A DNA stretch of 63,972 nt, filler included, from Chiloscyllium plagiosum (Eukaryota), in NCBI RefSeq assembly GCF_004010195.1. It is 9 parts of 9 records of this genome, joined end to end, with 100 filler letters (N's around TTAATTAATTAA, not from the genome) between each part and the next. Parts side by side here need not be neighbours in the genome. Positions count along the whole stretch, not along the records: positions 41,522 to 52,420 come from NC_057720.1; positions 52,521 to 59,928 come from NW_025210987.1; positions 60,029 to 61,655 come from NW_025164691.1; positions 61,756 to 62,859 come from NW_025127144.1; positions 62,960 to 63,972 come from NW_025115632.1; 4 more parts are not named here. One strand, given 5' to 3'. A program made the position numbers and the translations under genes. Positions 50,960 through 63,189 of this stretch are shown piece by piece. The notes beneath the pieces were generated by a model. That model was not told the origin of the DNA. It saw nothing but the letters and a program-made list of their open reading frames with translations, and did no database searches. How positions within the stretch are numbered: the stretch's first letter is position 1; every line of letters starts with the position of its first letter.

Positions 50960-51893
50960 ATGGGCTGCACTGAGACTCAGTGGTCAGCACTGCTGTCCCA
51001 CAGCGCCAGGGACCCAGGTTCGATTCCACTCTCGGGCAACTGTCTGTTTGGAGTTTGCACATTCTCCCCGAGTGTCTGTGGGTTTTCCCCGCATGCTCCG
51101 GTTTCTTCCCACAGTTCAAAGTTGTGCAGGTTCGGTGAATTGGACAAACTAAATTGTCCATGGTGTTCAGGGATGTTTGGGTTAGGTGCAGTAATCAGGG
51201 AATATGTAGAGTAATGGGATGGGGGAGTGGGATGCTCTTTGGAGAGTCAGTGTGGAGGCCTATTTCCACACTGTAGGGATTCTGTGAATTGATCTTGGTC
51301 TGTGCAGTAAACAGGCTCACAGATGACTGGTGGGTAGAGGTCAACACTGTACATACACAGGGATGGATTTTCTTAAAGGTAATGTGTGCACACAGCACAC
51401 AGCTACTGAACATCAAGGCAAGATAGTTACATTCTCTCTTGTTGGAGACAGTCATTGCATGGCAGCTGTGTGGCACAAATGTAATCTTATTCATGTTCCA
51501 AACCCACATCTCTATCAGTTAAATGCTTTGGAACATCCTCAGGTGACAAAATGTGCTATACATTTGGGGTGGCACGATGGCTCAGTGATTGATACAGTTG
51601 CCTCACAGCGTCAGGGACCCGCCTCGGGCAGGTCTGTGTGGAGTTTGCACGTTCTCCCTGTGTCTGCGTGGGCTTCGCTCGGGTGCTCTGGTTTCCTCCC
51701 ACAGTCCTAAAGATCTGCAGGCTGGTAAATTGGTCATGCTAAATTGCCGATAGTGTCCAGGAATGAGCAGGCTAGGTGGATTAACCATTGGAAAATACAG
51801 GGATAGCATAGGGGTCTGGACGGAATGCTCTTCAGAGGGGTGGTATGGACTCGATAGGCTGACTGGCCTACTTCCACACTATAGGGATTCTGT
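50960..51893 (+). mobile_element. Two V-SINEs (50960-51285, 51566-51893)
   Basis: tRNA-like heads and V-domain motifs. Confidence 0.8.
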
Positions 51894-54470
51894 GATACAA
51901 ATGTAAGTTCCTTCTTTCCATTCTAGCCCTGAAGCATGCATGTGGTTCTGTCTCATATCCATTCAAGAGATGACAACCCTTTGAAGACAGGAGCAGCCTC
52001 TATTCTTTTGGAAAGTACTTCTTCCACTCTGTGTCCTTCGCAGCCTTGTAGACAGCAACAATGAGATCGGGAAATAACCCAAAGCTATAATCTTCTGGAC
52101 TCTTCATTAAACTGTGGAACCTGAAAAGTACAACTAACGTCCAAGTCAATGAAGATATTTCTCAGCAAAACGTCCAAGTCAATGAAGATATTTCTCAGCA
52201 ATCCCTAAATGCTGAGTTTTAGTACTCAGCAGGCCCCAGGAGCCAAAATAACTGAGTAGATCATTGCTCTGAATTGCTCATAAATGTCACCTTCACATTT
52301 CTGGAGGCTTTGATCAAAAAGGTTGCTTACTCCTCTCCAAAATACAGCTTAAAATCAGCTCCAACTCCAAACCATCCAGCTGAGAGCAGAGTCCTGTACA
52401 AACTGGAACCTGGTCAGTGGNNNNNNNNNNNNNNNNNNNNNNNNNNNNNNNNNNNNNNNNNNNNTTAATTAATTAANNNNNNNNNNNNNNNNNNNNNNNN
52501 NNNNNNNNNNNNNNNNNNNNTGGAACTACCCACAGACTGAAGTCAAAAGAAGCAAAGTAAGAAAGGCACATGGATCAAACACAAGAGAGCAAATTGCAAA
52601 GGAGAGAGGGACAACATTGAATTGCTTCTGGTGTCATCCTCTGTGCCCAAACATTTCACAGAGCCAGCTCCACATCCTTCCATTGGCTTTGACATTGAGA
52701 GTCAACAGTTCCCTTCCCACAGCCCATTTTATAATGTCCTGTTCCAGGGAATCTCTGAGACAGAGACTATTTCACCTTTTCTGGGAAAGGTGGAGAAATG
52801 AAGGATGTCAAGGAATTGTTTCTCAGATTTCAGGGTCTGACAGAAGAATGTGTATAGTCTGTGGATTCAGGAGACAGATCACTGAGATATTCCTCACTCC
52901 CATCAACATCAGTCTTTATTCTGACATCAGTTTCTATTCTTCATTATAAAGTACCCACCAGTTTCAGACTGGACATTTCACACCCAGCCCCCATTTCCCC
53001 ACATTGGAATCAAGAACCAAACTTGCCCCATCTCAGGATTGCCCTCTGAATGTGGTGTCAGTGTGCTAATGCTTTTTTTGAATGAAAGAGCCACGGTGAG
53101 ATCTGGGACTGAATCCAAGGGGTTTCTGAGCCACCAGCAGCCTCCCTGCGGTGTGAGGGTCTGTTTGGATAAGATTTCAGCCCCATGGGTTCCCACTGAT
53201 ACTATAGCCAGGGAGTGAGATTGCTGGAGCTACGTGTGGACTGAGGAACACAACAGTCTGGACAATGAGCTGCTCTGGAATCCACCCTGAGCCCTGGATG
53301 ATTCTCACTGAGATGGCCCAGGGACTACAGAATATGACAGCAGAAAGTGGAACCAGTTTATCATTGACTGCCCTCCCCAGCCATGACTCACAGACCTCCC
53401 CTGGACTGAACATTCTCAATCTGACTCCAGGGACACACGGGGCAATTCCATCTCATTTGAAGAGTAAAGAAAACCCAGGTCTAATTTATGGAATATTTAT
53501 TTCCCAAACCCTGTGGAATTGTTATTCTGAGTAACAAGACCCTGCTGGTCATATTCATCAATACATGATTCCCGGTGACACTGGCTCCCAAACAGTCGAG
53601 TAACTTTTCTTGACCTGGGATCTTCCTGTGCCTAAAAGATGGGTGAGTGAATTCCCATCAGATTATTGTGTTCCCCAGTGTCCCCTTCTGCCTTCCTTCT
53701 TTTCCCCATTTATTAGGGATGGTTTTCTCAGGGCCCTGCATTCCTGCTGAAACTGCCCCTTCTGGCCCTAACTGTAGTATTGCCCTCCTGCTCCCGGGAC
53801 CCCAATGCCCTCTCTATTCTCCCCGTCGTGTTCCCTGCCTTGAGGGTGGAGGGTTTCACTTCATACACCCTTTCCCTAACGCGTCAGCTCGGGCCATTCC
53901 CAAAGCACTCACGAGACAGAGACTGAATCTTCTTCATCTTTATTCCCTTTTCCAGATTGACATTGACAGAAAACAGACTGCAATTAACAGCCCAGACACA
54001 GGAAGCTACACAAATTCACAGCCACAATGGAGCTTGAGGAAAACACTTGTGGAGATTTTCTCAATAACATGAGAATCCTGTCCCTTTAAACAGTGACAAA
54101 ACCTTAAACTGGAACTGGCGGCTGAGCAGGAAGGAGATCTGTTTTACTGAAACAGAGAATTCTGAGGTACACATTGTTTTTGTACAGCTGGCACTTTTCA
54201 GCATCTTTGAGTGGTTTTATTTGGCATTACCAGTCATCACTGCCCCAATCAAACACTCCCAGAATGGGTCAGCATGCAGTTTGATACAGAGTAAAGCTTG
54301 TTTTTAGTGATCCCAATGACCTGACTTAACCCTTGAACCTCAGAAGTGTCACCAAGCCAATCCCAAGAAGGATGAGAGTTGAAATTCAGTGCTGACAATG
54401 ACCTTAGTCCTGCCAGCTCAGCCCTGTTCTATTTAAAGTTGTGTCTCCTCCATGGACTGTCTCAAACACT

Positions 54471-54798
54471 CTACACACATTCTGATCTCCTGATGCTCTT
54501 GCTGAGGGGAGAGGGGAGGGTCACGTGGGTGAGGGCACAGGAGAAGCGAGCGTTGGACTCCCAGTCAGACCCAGAGAGGGTCAGCAGGCTGCTGACACTG
54601 TAGGTGCTGTCTGAAGCTCGCAGGTAGTTGCTGGTCTGAACCCCGTCCGAAATGACTGCACCGTCCTTCTTCCACTGCACCTCCAGCTCATCGGGATAGA
54701 AGTGATTGGCAAGGCACACCGGGGTGGCAGTGCCCTTGGCATTGACCTGCTCCGGGGAGGGGGGCAGCAGGTCAGCTTGGGCTGAGAGTTTTCACCAC
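54471..54798 (-). pseudogene. IGKC: Ig light chain kappa C exon copy B: acceptor intact, 1-nt deletion and Leu>Pro
   Basis: cttgcgtttcAG|GT GGT GAA AAC TCT CAG CCC AAG CTG AC CTG (copy A has ACC CTG); TPVC versus TLVC; AATAAA at 53939-53944. Confidence 0.88.
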
Positions 54799-55109
54799 CT
54801 GAAACGCAAGAGAAACAATTTTAATCCCTGCCCATTCAAAGGGATTTCAACTCTGAACATTAACTGGTAACGCAACCATTTGAATATTTGTGGCCAACAC
54901 CAAACAAACCTCATAAAAGGACAGGGATTTTTACACATTCTCCCCGTGTCTACTTGGGTTTCCTCCCATTGTCACAAGGATGTGTAGGCTAGGAGGATTA
55001 TCCATGGGAATTATAGGGTGGGTGGGATACTATTTGGAGGGTCAGTCTGGTCTGAATGGCCTGCTTCCACACTGTCGGGATTCTATGATTTCTAAAGGAG
55101 ATAACTATG

Positions 55110-58100
55110 AGAAGGAGACAGTCAGTGCACGACTGAGGGTGTTATACTTCGATGCATCGAGTATATGAAACAAGGTAAATGAGCCTGTAGTGCAGGGACG
55201 TGGCTGCAAGGGGATCAGGCTGGGAACTAAATATCCAGGGATGCACATCCTATTGAAAGGAAATGCAAGGGGTTAAAGGGTCAAGTGTGAAGGAGGTAAT
55301 GAAGGTAATCCTTGTTAGTCAGGAAATGGACTTGGGGAGACTGATGGTATCAAAACTTGGTAAGTCCCCAGGGCCTGATGCTCTACATCCCAGAGTCCTT
55401 AAGAAAGTGGATGTAGAAATGGTGGACACATTGGTGATCATTTTCCAGCTTTCTGTAGACTCTGACAGAGTTCCAGTGGACAGGACAGTATCCAGTGTAA
55501 TCGCACTTTTTAATAAAAGGAAGGCGAGTGAAAATGAGGAATTATACAGGAGGAAAACGCTGGAGTCAGTTATTAAAGATACAGTAACTGAGCATTTGGA
55601 AAGCAGTGACAGGATCGGTCCAAGTCAGCATGGATTTACTAAAGGGAAATCAGGCCTGACACATCTTCTGGTTCAAAAGATTTTTGACAAGGTCCCATGC
55701 GAGAGATTACCCTGTCACTTGGAAATAAAATTAAATGTACAGCAAGAGGAACTTTTGAGTTGGACTGCATAGAATCTGTGTGAGTCAACTTAAGAAACTA
55801 AAAAGGAAGAAAGAGCCTGATGGGAGTTATGTACAAGCCTCCTCACAGTAGTCGGGATGTGGGTCAGAAAATAAATCAGGAGATAGAAAAGGCATATAAG
55901 AAAGGGATTATTACAATAGTCATGGGGACTGCAATATGCAGGTGGACTGGGAAAGTCAGGTTGGGAATGGATCTCAAGGAAAGGAATTAATGGAATGTCT
56001 GCGAGAGGCTTTTTTTAGATCAGATTGCGGTAGACCCACTAGGAAACAGGTAATTCCGGATTCGGTGATGTGTAATGAGGCAGCTCTGATTGGGGAGCTG
56101 AAGGTGAATGAACCCTGAGGGGGCAGTGACTATAATGTGATAGAATTCACCCTGCAGTTCTAGAGGGAGAAGCTGGAATTTGATGTAATAAGAGGAGCTA
56201 ATGAGCAAGTTAGAAAAAGGAGAGCCAATGGACATGATCTATTTGGATTTCCAGAAGGCCTTTGACAGGTTGTCACACTCGAGGCTGCTAAATAATATAA
56301 GGTATTGGTATGGATAGAGAGTGGAAATGAATGGATCTTTTGCAGGAAGGCAGCTGGTGCCTAGTGGAGTTCAGCAGGGGGCAGTGTTGGGACTTCAGCC
56401 ATTCATGTAACAATTAATTATATATTAACGATCTGGGAAAAGGAACTGAGGGCATTGTTGGTTCGGGGGACACAAGGAAGACTGGAAGAGCTATAGCCAG
56501 AGGAGATTCGAGAGTGAGGGCAATCGACAGGTGTTTCTGCAGCTGCAGATGGGAATCCAGGATGGTGTGTTTTCTCCCTGGTGCCAGGGTCAAGGATGTC
56601 ACTGAGCGGCTGCAAAGCACCCTGAGGGGAGAGAGGGAACAGTCAGCACTCATGATCTACATTGGTCCCAGTGACAGAATTTAGGGAGCTCAGGAGGGAA
56701 TTAGCAACAGGAGCTCAAAAATAGGAATCTTCAGATTACTCCCAATGACCAATGCAAGTAAGGATAGGAACAGGAGGATAAGGCAGGGTGTATGAGAGGC
56801 TGGAAAGATGGTCGAGGAGGGAGGGCTTTAGATAGTTGTGACATTGGGAATGACTCTGTGGGAGATGTGAACTCTATAAACCGAATGGATTGCTCCTGAT
56901 CAGAGCAGGAACTGAGCTCCTTGTGGGATGATTTACGGGTGCTGTTGGAGTGGATTGAAGCTAACATGGAAGGGCTGTGGGAACCAGGGTGTAATATCAA
57001 GGAGGAACACCAAGGAACACAGAATCCTGAAAAAGATAGATAGCACCAAAATAAGGAATAGTAATTTATTAGGCAGGGTCAGAGAGACAGAGAGAGCAAT
57101 AAATTCGAAGTCTGTCTTTCTGTGCATGTATGGGACTGTACGGAATGTGGAGAATAAGATTGGGGAGCTACAAATGCACATTACCAAGTGGAAAACTGAT
57201 GTTATCACTCTAACAGATAAGGCTCAAATGAGGACAGGACTGGTTGTTAAATATTCCTGGAAACAAGGTGTTCAGGAAAGATAGGAAAAGGGAAAAAGAG
57301 CGAGAGGTGTGGGATTGGTTAAGGAGATCGATGCAGAGCTGGAGAAAGAGGATGTCCCAGAGGGGTCAAGGCCAAAATGGATTTGGTTCGGGATAAGGAA
57401 CAAAAAAGGTGCAATCAGATTGTTCAGTGCAGTCTGTCGGTCACCAACTAGTGGGAAGGATGTAGAGGAACAAATCTGCAAGGAATTCACAGCACACATT
57501 AGGGGGACTTTAATTATTGGAATATAGACTGGGACAGTAGCAGTGTGAAGGGCAGAGAGGGGCCAGAGTTGAGAGAGTAGGCTCAGGTGAATTTTCTCCA
57601 GCCATGTGTCTCCATTCAAATGAGAAAGGAGGCTCTGCCAGACCTGGATCTTGGGAGTGAGGAGGCCCAAGTAGATCAAGTGTCAGTGAGAGGACATTTG
57701 GGGAAGAGTCATCATTGTATCACAAGGTTTAGGGTGAAAGTCGAAAAGGACAAAGGAGAATCCAGAATAAAGTCATGACCATGGATCAGATCCCATGGAT
57801 AACCTCCAAATGTCTCACACTTCGAAATTTTCACTTTTTTTTCAAACAGAATATGGAAGAGTTACAAAACTAATATTTTGCCGCAGTATTTATTTTTGAG
57901 TTATATATGGAATTTTGGGAAATAAATATTGCTGTCTTGAGAAGAGTCCATATTACAGAAGAAGAAGAGGTGCAGTAATCTGTTCTTATAACTTATAAGG
58001 GTAGCTAGATCCCCAGGACCTGATCTGGTCCATCCCAGTAAGTTGTGGGAAGCTTGGGAAGAGACAGTGATGCCCCTTGCGAAGATGCTTTATCACCAAC

Positions 58101-59928
58101 AGCCAGTGTTGGAAGATCGGAGCGTGGCTGACATTGTGCTGATATTTCAGAAGGTCTGCAAGGAATACCCAGGGAAGTATAGACCGGTGAGTCTGATATC
58201 AGTGGGGAAAGTTATTGGAGGGGATTTTGAGGTACAGGATCTATACGCATTTGGAAAGACAAGGATTGATTATGGGTAGTCCACATGGCTTTGTAAGTGG
58301 AAAATTGTGTCTCAAAAATTTGATTGAGTATTTTGAAGATGTGACCAAGAAGAAAGCTAAAAGCAGAATCATAGACATTGTCTAAGTGGACTTTAGCAAG
58401 GCCTTTGACAAGGTACTGCATGGACAACTGGTTAGTAAGGTTAGATCAAATGGAATCCAGGGAGGGCAAGCCAACTGGTACAAAATTGGCTTGATGGTTG
58501 GAGACAGAGAGTGGTGGTAGTAGATGGTTGTTCAGACTGGAAGCCTGTGACCAGCGATGTGGCAAAAGGATTGGTTCTGGGTTCATCATTGTTCATCATT
58601 TATAGAAACAAATTGAATGAGAGTATAGGAGGCATGGTTTGTGAGTTTGCAGATGACATTAAAATAGGTGGCAAAATGGACAGTGACGAAGGCTATGTGA
58701 GAGTACATTTACATTTGGTATTGAGATAATAGCGAAGTGTTGCATTTTGGTACAAAAACTACACCAGGGTTTACACAGTTAGTTGTGGGGCCATGGGAAG
58801 TTGTCAAAGAGGGAGACTAAGGAATGGAGGCATATAGTGCCTTGAAACTAGTGCCAGATGTAGACAGGGTGGTGAAGAAAGCATTTGGTACACTTGGGTA
58901 TGGGAATTGAGATGACATGTTATGGCTCTCCAAGATATTGGTCAGGCCACATTTCCAATCACCTGCTATTGGAAGGATGGCATTAACCTGGAAAGGATGT
59001 AAAAAGAATGACAAGGCTGTCTCTGAGACTGGAGGGCATGAGTTATAAGGAGAGGTTGGCTAGGCCTGGGCTATTTTCTTTGGAAGGTCAGAAGTCGTGG
59101 GGTGACAGTTTAGAGATTTATAAAATCATAATGGACAGAGATAAGGTTACTAGCTAAGGTCTTTTCCCCAGGTTAGGGTTGTCCAAAACTAGAGGGCAGA
59201 GGTTTAAAGCAAGAGGGGAAAGATTCAAAAGGGACCTGAGGTACACCTCTTTCACATAGAGGGTGGTGCATGTATTGAATGAACTGCCAGAGGACGTCAC
59301 AGAGTGAGTCTGATTATAACATTAAAAAGACATTTGAACAGGTACATGGAGAGGAAAGATATTGGGGAAAATGAGCCAAATGCAGGCAAATGGGACTACG
59401 GGGAATAGAGAAGGTGAATAATTCATGAAGAATGTGAAAATGTTGCAGATGGAGTAAAACAAATTGCCATGGAAAGTTCAGGGATGAAGGAATTCAGTTA
59501 AGAAAATATTTTGGAGAAGTTGAGACTGTCTTCATTGGAGAAGAGAAGGCTGAGAGAAACTTTGTCTGAAGAATTCAACATCAGGAGGGGTCTGGACAGA
59601 ATAATTAGGGAGAAAACGTTTTCACTCATGAAAGGATTGAGAGGGAGAGGGAGATTTAAAGTAATTAGTAAACGAATCAAAAGTAAGATGAGGCAAAACG
59701 TTTTCAGCCAATGGGTGTTTAAGATGTGGAATGCACTGCCTGAGAGTGTGGTGGAGGCAGCTTCAATTGAAACATTCTGAAGGGAATGAGACTGTTATTT
59801 GAAAAGGAACAATGTGCAGGGTGACAGGGAGAAGGCAGGAGAATGGCACACAGTGAATTGCTCATTCAGAGAGGAAGTACAGACAGGATGGGCATAATGG
59901 CCTCCTTGTGCACTGTAACAATTCTGTG
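55110..59928 (+). mobile_element. Nested CR1 fragments including ORF1 esterase, endonuclease and RT remnants
   Basis: KSPGPDALHPRVLK, SQHGFTKGKS, esterase-like CFLPGARVKDV at ~56570, YRPVSLIS, FADDIKIGG, FSQWVFKMWNALP. Confidence 0.85.
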
Positions 59929-60698
59929 NNNNNNNNNNNNNNNNNNNNNNNNNNNNNNNNNNNNNNNNNNNNTTAATTAATTAANNNNNNNNNNNNNNNN
60001 NNNNNNNNNNNNNNNNNNNNNNNNNNNNGACTGCATGCTATTCACTTGCCTGGATGAGTGTAGATTTAATCACTTTCAAGCAGTTTAATACCTTCCAGGA
60101 TAAGCAGACTTGCTGGATTGACATCCGTTTTCTTTTATTTCGGATTGGAATTAGATTGAAACAGATTCACGCTGTGTCTCAAAACTCAGAAATGCTTAAA
60201 GCCACTGTAGACTTCTATACAATCAAATTTCATGGTTGGTTATATTGTAATTGGGTAACGACAGATTGCAGAATTACTATTGAACTTTAGTCACGATGTA
60301 TGTTTTTGGAGATGTTGTGAATCTGAGGTAGTATGATTTGGAAACATGTAATTTCAATTAAGCACTTTGAGAAGAAAACTGATATAAAGGACGAGACAAT
60401 TTTTTTTGTGCAATGTTTTGTAAACTTTTGGAACAGTTAATGATGATGGTATCGGAGTGTTCTTATTTCTTCATGAAGTAATATGATAATAGTCAAGATG
60501 GAAGGGCGTGTTTCTGATGAAGGTACCACCACATCATAGTCAACAAAACAACCACAACAAAAATAGTCTAAAATTCTGCTGGAGCTTTTAACTGGAACAC
60601 GTTGGAACAGTCTCAGAGCTGTGAACACAGTTTCGTGACTGACACTGTTCTATATACAGAGTCTAACTTGTTAAATCTCCCATTTTTCTTTTACCGAG

Positions 60699-60998
60699 CG
60701 ATGCCATCTGCCCCCACACTTTATGGCCTGGTCTCATCCTGTCAACAAGGCGACACGGATCGCTCCATTACTTATGGTTGTTTGGCGATGGATTACATTC
60801 CAGACGTCACCAGAGTGACCTGGAAGAAAGACGGAGAGAAGCTCACAGCTGGATTGAAGACTTACCCATCAGTGAGGGACAAGAAGGGAACTTACACCCT
60901 GAGCAGCCAGTTAACCCTGACCGAGTCAGAGATGAATTGCAGCAAAATCTACTGTGAGGTCCAGCACAGCAAGTCCAACAAGAGCATTGCAATGCCAT
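60699..60998 (+). CDS. IGHM: IgM CH1 exon, divergent subfamily (copy 4)
   Basis: [67 protein letters not shown]; 300 nt, phase 1-1, donor T|GTAAGT; acceptor is an atypical GAG. Confidence 0.88.
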
Positions 60999-62163
60999 GT
61001 AAGTGTTGGAGGGACTGAGATTAACAGAATAGCTGAGATTAATATGATGCATTATTTATATCACTTCCCACAGAGTCAGAGAGGTCTACCACAGGGAACA
61101 TAAACCATTCGGCTTTTTGAATCGATGCCTATGAAAACCAAATTATTCTGTGCAATCTCCGAGCATTTTATCCATTGCCTTGCATAACTTCACACTGTGG
61201 TTCAATACTAATTCAATATTATGAGGGTGTCATCTCTCCCAGCCTTACAGACAGTGATCCAGATTCCCACCACGACCTGAGTTATATTTTTCCGCTGGCA
61301 TCCTCTCTAATCATCCTTAAACCCCTTCGACGTTGCCTCTACCAACAAGTGGAAATGTTTCTTCCTCTCTCCCCGTCCATGCCCTCATTATTCCACACAT
61401 CTCCATCATGTCCCCGCTTCTTCTCCTCTGCTCCAAGGAAAACAAAGACAGTCCAGCCAATCTCATTTCATCCTTTCAAAACTACAACTTTGCATCCCGG
61501 GTAACATCCTGGTCATCCTTCTCTCGGTCCTCTGCATTGTATTCACATCCCTCCTCTAACGTGGGCTCCACAACTGTACACAATGCATTTGCTGTGGTCT
61601 AACCAAAGTTTTAGTACATTCCAGCTTCACCTCCCTACTCCTAAACTCTGTGCCTNNNNNNNNNNNNNNNNNNNNNNNNNNNNNNNNNNNNNNNNNNNNT
61701 TAATTAATTAANNNNNNNNNNNNNNNNNNNNNNNNNNNNNNNNNNNNNNNNNNNNCTGTCAACTCATGAGTTGGTGCAAGATCCCTTGTATTTCTTCAGA
61801 AACAAATGTTAAATTCAAATTGATCTCCACACTTTACTATTGGTATGTCCAATCAAAATTAATTTTAAAAGTCTCTTAGTTTGCGTTTCTAATTGGTGAA
61901 TTGTGACAGTTTAAAACTGACGTGAATTTTGTAAGAATGGCCAATCGGGAAATCAGGAACACCAAGATCAAAACTTGTGTTGTCCCCTTGATGTAGAATG
62001 GACATTGTCAGATTCCGTCACAGTGGGATTTAGGATGGATGAGGTACTTGGCGGAATCCTGCAATGAATGTGCTTTACTCTGTCTCTCACCCAGGGTGTA
62101 TCGGAGCAGGGAACATTAACTGCACAAACACGCTTCCCAGACCTGTTAATGATACAATTTAAC

Positions 62164-62410
62164 ATTGTGGAGTTTGCGCATTCTCCGCGCATCTGCGTGG
62201 ATTTCCTTCAGGTGCTTCAGTTTCCTCCCACAGTATTAAGATGTGCAGGTTAGGTGAATTGGCCATGCTAAATTACCCGTAGTGTTGGTTTCATTAGTCA
62301 GGGGTAAATAAAGGGGAATGGGTCTGGGTGGGTTGTTCTTCGGAAGGTCGGTGTGAACTTGTTGGGCCGAAGGGCCTGTTTCCACATTGAAGGGAATCTA
62401 ATCTCATCTG
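62164..62410 (+). mobile_element. 5'-truncated V-SINE inserted in the IgM 3' flank
   Basis: Absent from the homologous flank of copy 1 (empty site tttaac-tacacagatggaat at ~898-917). Confidence 0.88.
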
Positions 62411-62552
62411 AACTGCACAGATGGAATAGAAGTAAGAATGAGAATCAATTAATTCAGCAGTTGTGTATTTAGCTCATAACTGGAGGAACAAAAAATACTT
62501 TATTACTTTTGTTGAATTATTAAATCAACTTTGAGATTTTTATTGACATAAA

Positions 62553-62859
62553 TTAACAGTGTCCATCATTGCAAGTGAAATGTATACAAAAATGTTTACC
62601 ACTGGATTTATCGACAGTTCTGTTGATGATCTTCAACGGAATCGCTTCATGCCCCACCACACAGGAGTAAGAAGCACTGCTGGCCCACTCCTCCGCTGTA
62701 ATGGATAACAGGCTGTAGATGAAGAAGGTGTTGTTGCTCTCCACCATCACCTCGGTGTTCTTGTAGTTACTGGGATTCACCGGCTTGTCATTGTTTGTCC
62801 ACTTGACGAAGATCTCTCGGGGGAAAAAACCTCTCACTAAACAGGTGAGGGAGAGAAAC
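62553..62859 (-). CDS. IGHM: IgM CH4 exon copy 2 (5' cut by linker) with frameshifted secretory tail
   Basis: [42 protein letters not shown]; 2-nt deletion just after the G|GTAAAC membrane-form donor (62600). Confidence 0.9.
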
Positions 62860-62959
62860 NNNNNNNNNNNNNNNNNNNNNNNNNNNNNNNNNNNNNNNNN
62901 NNNTTAATTAATTAANNNNNNNNNNNNNNNNNNNNNNNNNNNNNNNNNNNNNNNNNNNN

Positions 62960-63189
62960 CGCTGACTCGGGCAGGGTTAACTGGCTGCTCAGCTTGTAGG
63001 TTCCCTTCTTGTTTTTCACTGATGGGTAAGTCTTCAATCCAGTCGTGATTAGCTCCCCACCTTTCTTCCAGGTTACCTTCGTGACGTCAGGGGAATAGTC
63101 CATCGCCAAACAACCAAAGATTGCAGAAACGGTGTTGTGCTCCTGACAGGAGGAGACCAGGCCATAAAGCGTGGGGGGAGATGGTGTCT
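62960..63189 (-). CDS. IGHM: IgM CH1 exon copy 3 (3' end cut by linker; visible part intact)
   Basis: [57 protein letters not shown]; acceptor ttgtAG. Confidence 0.9.

Noticed and set aside
45707-54798. Tail-to-tail inverted arrangement of the two kappa C genes
   Set aside because: A linker at 52421-52520 lies between them, so relative orientation is not established.
62553-63189. CH1 directly adjacent to CH4 (a two-domain IgM)
   Set aside because: Both exons are cut by the linker at 62860-62959; the adjacency is artificial.
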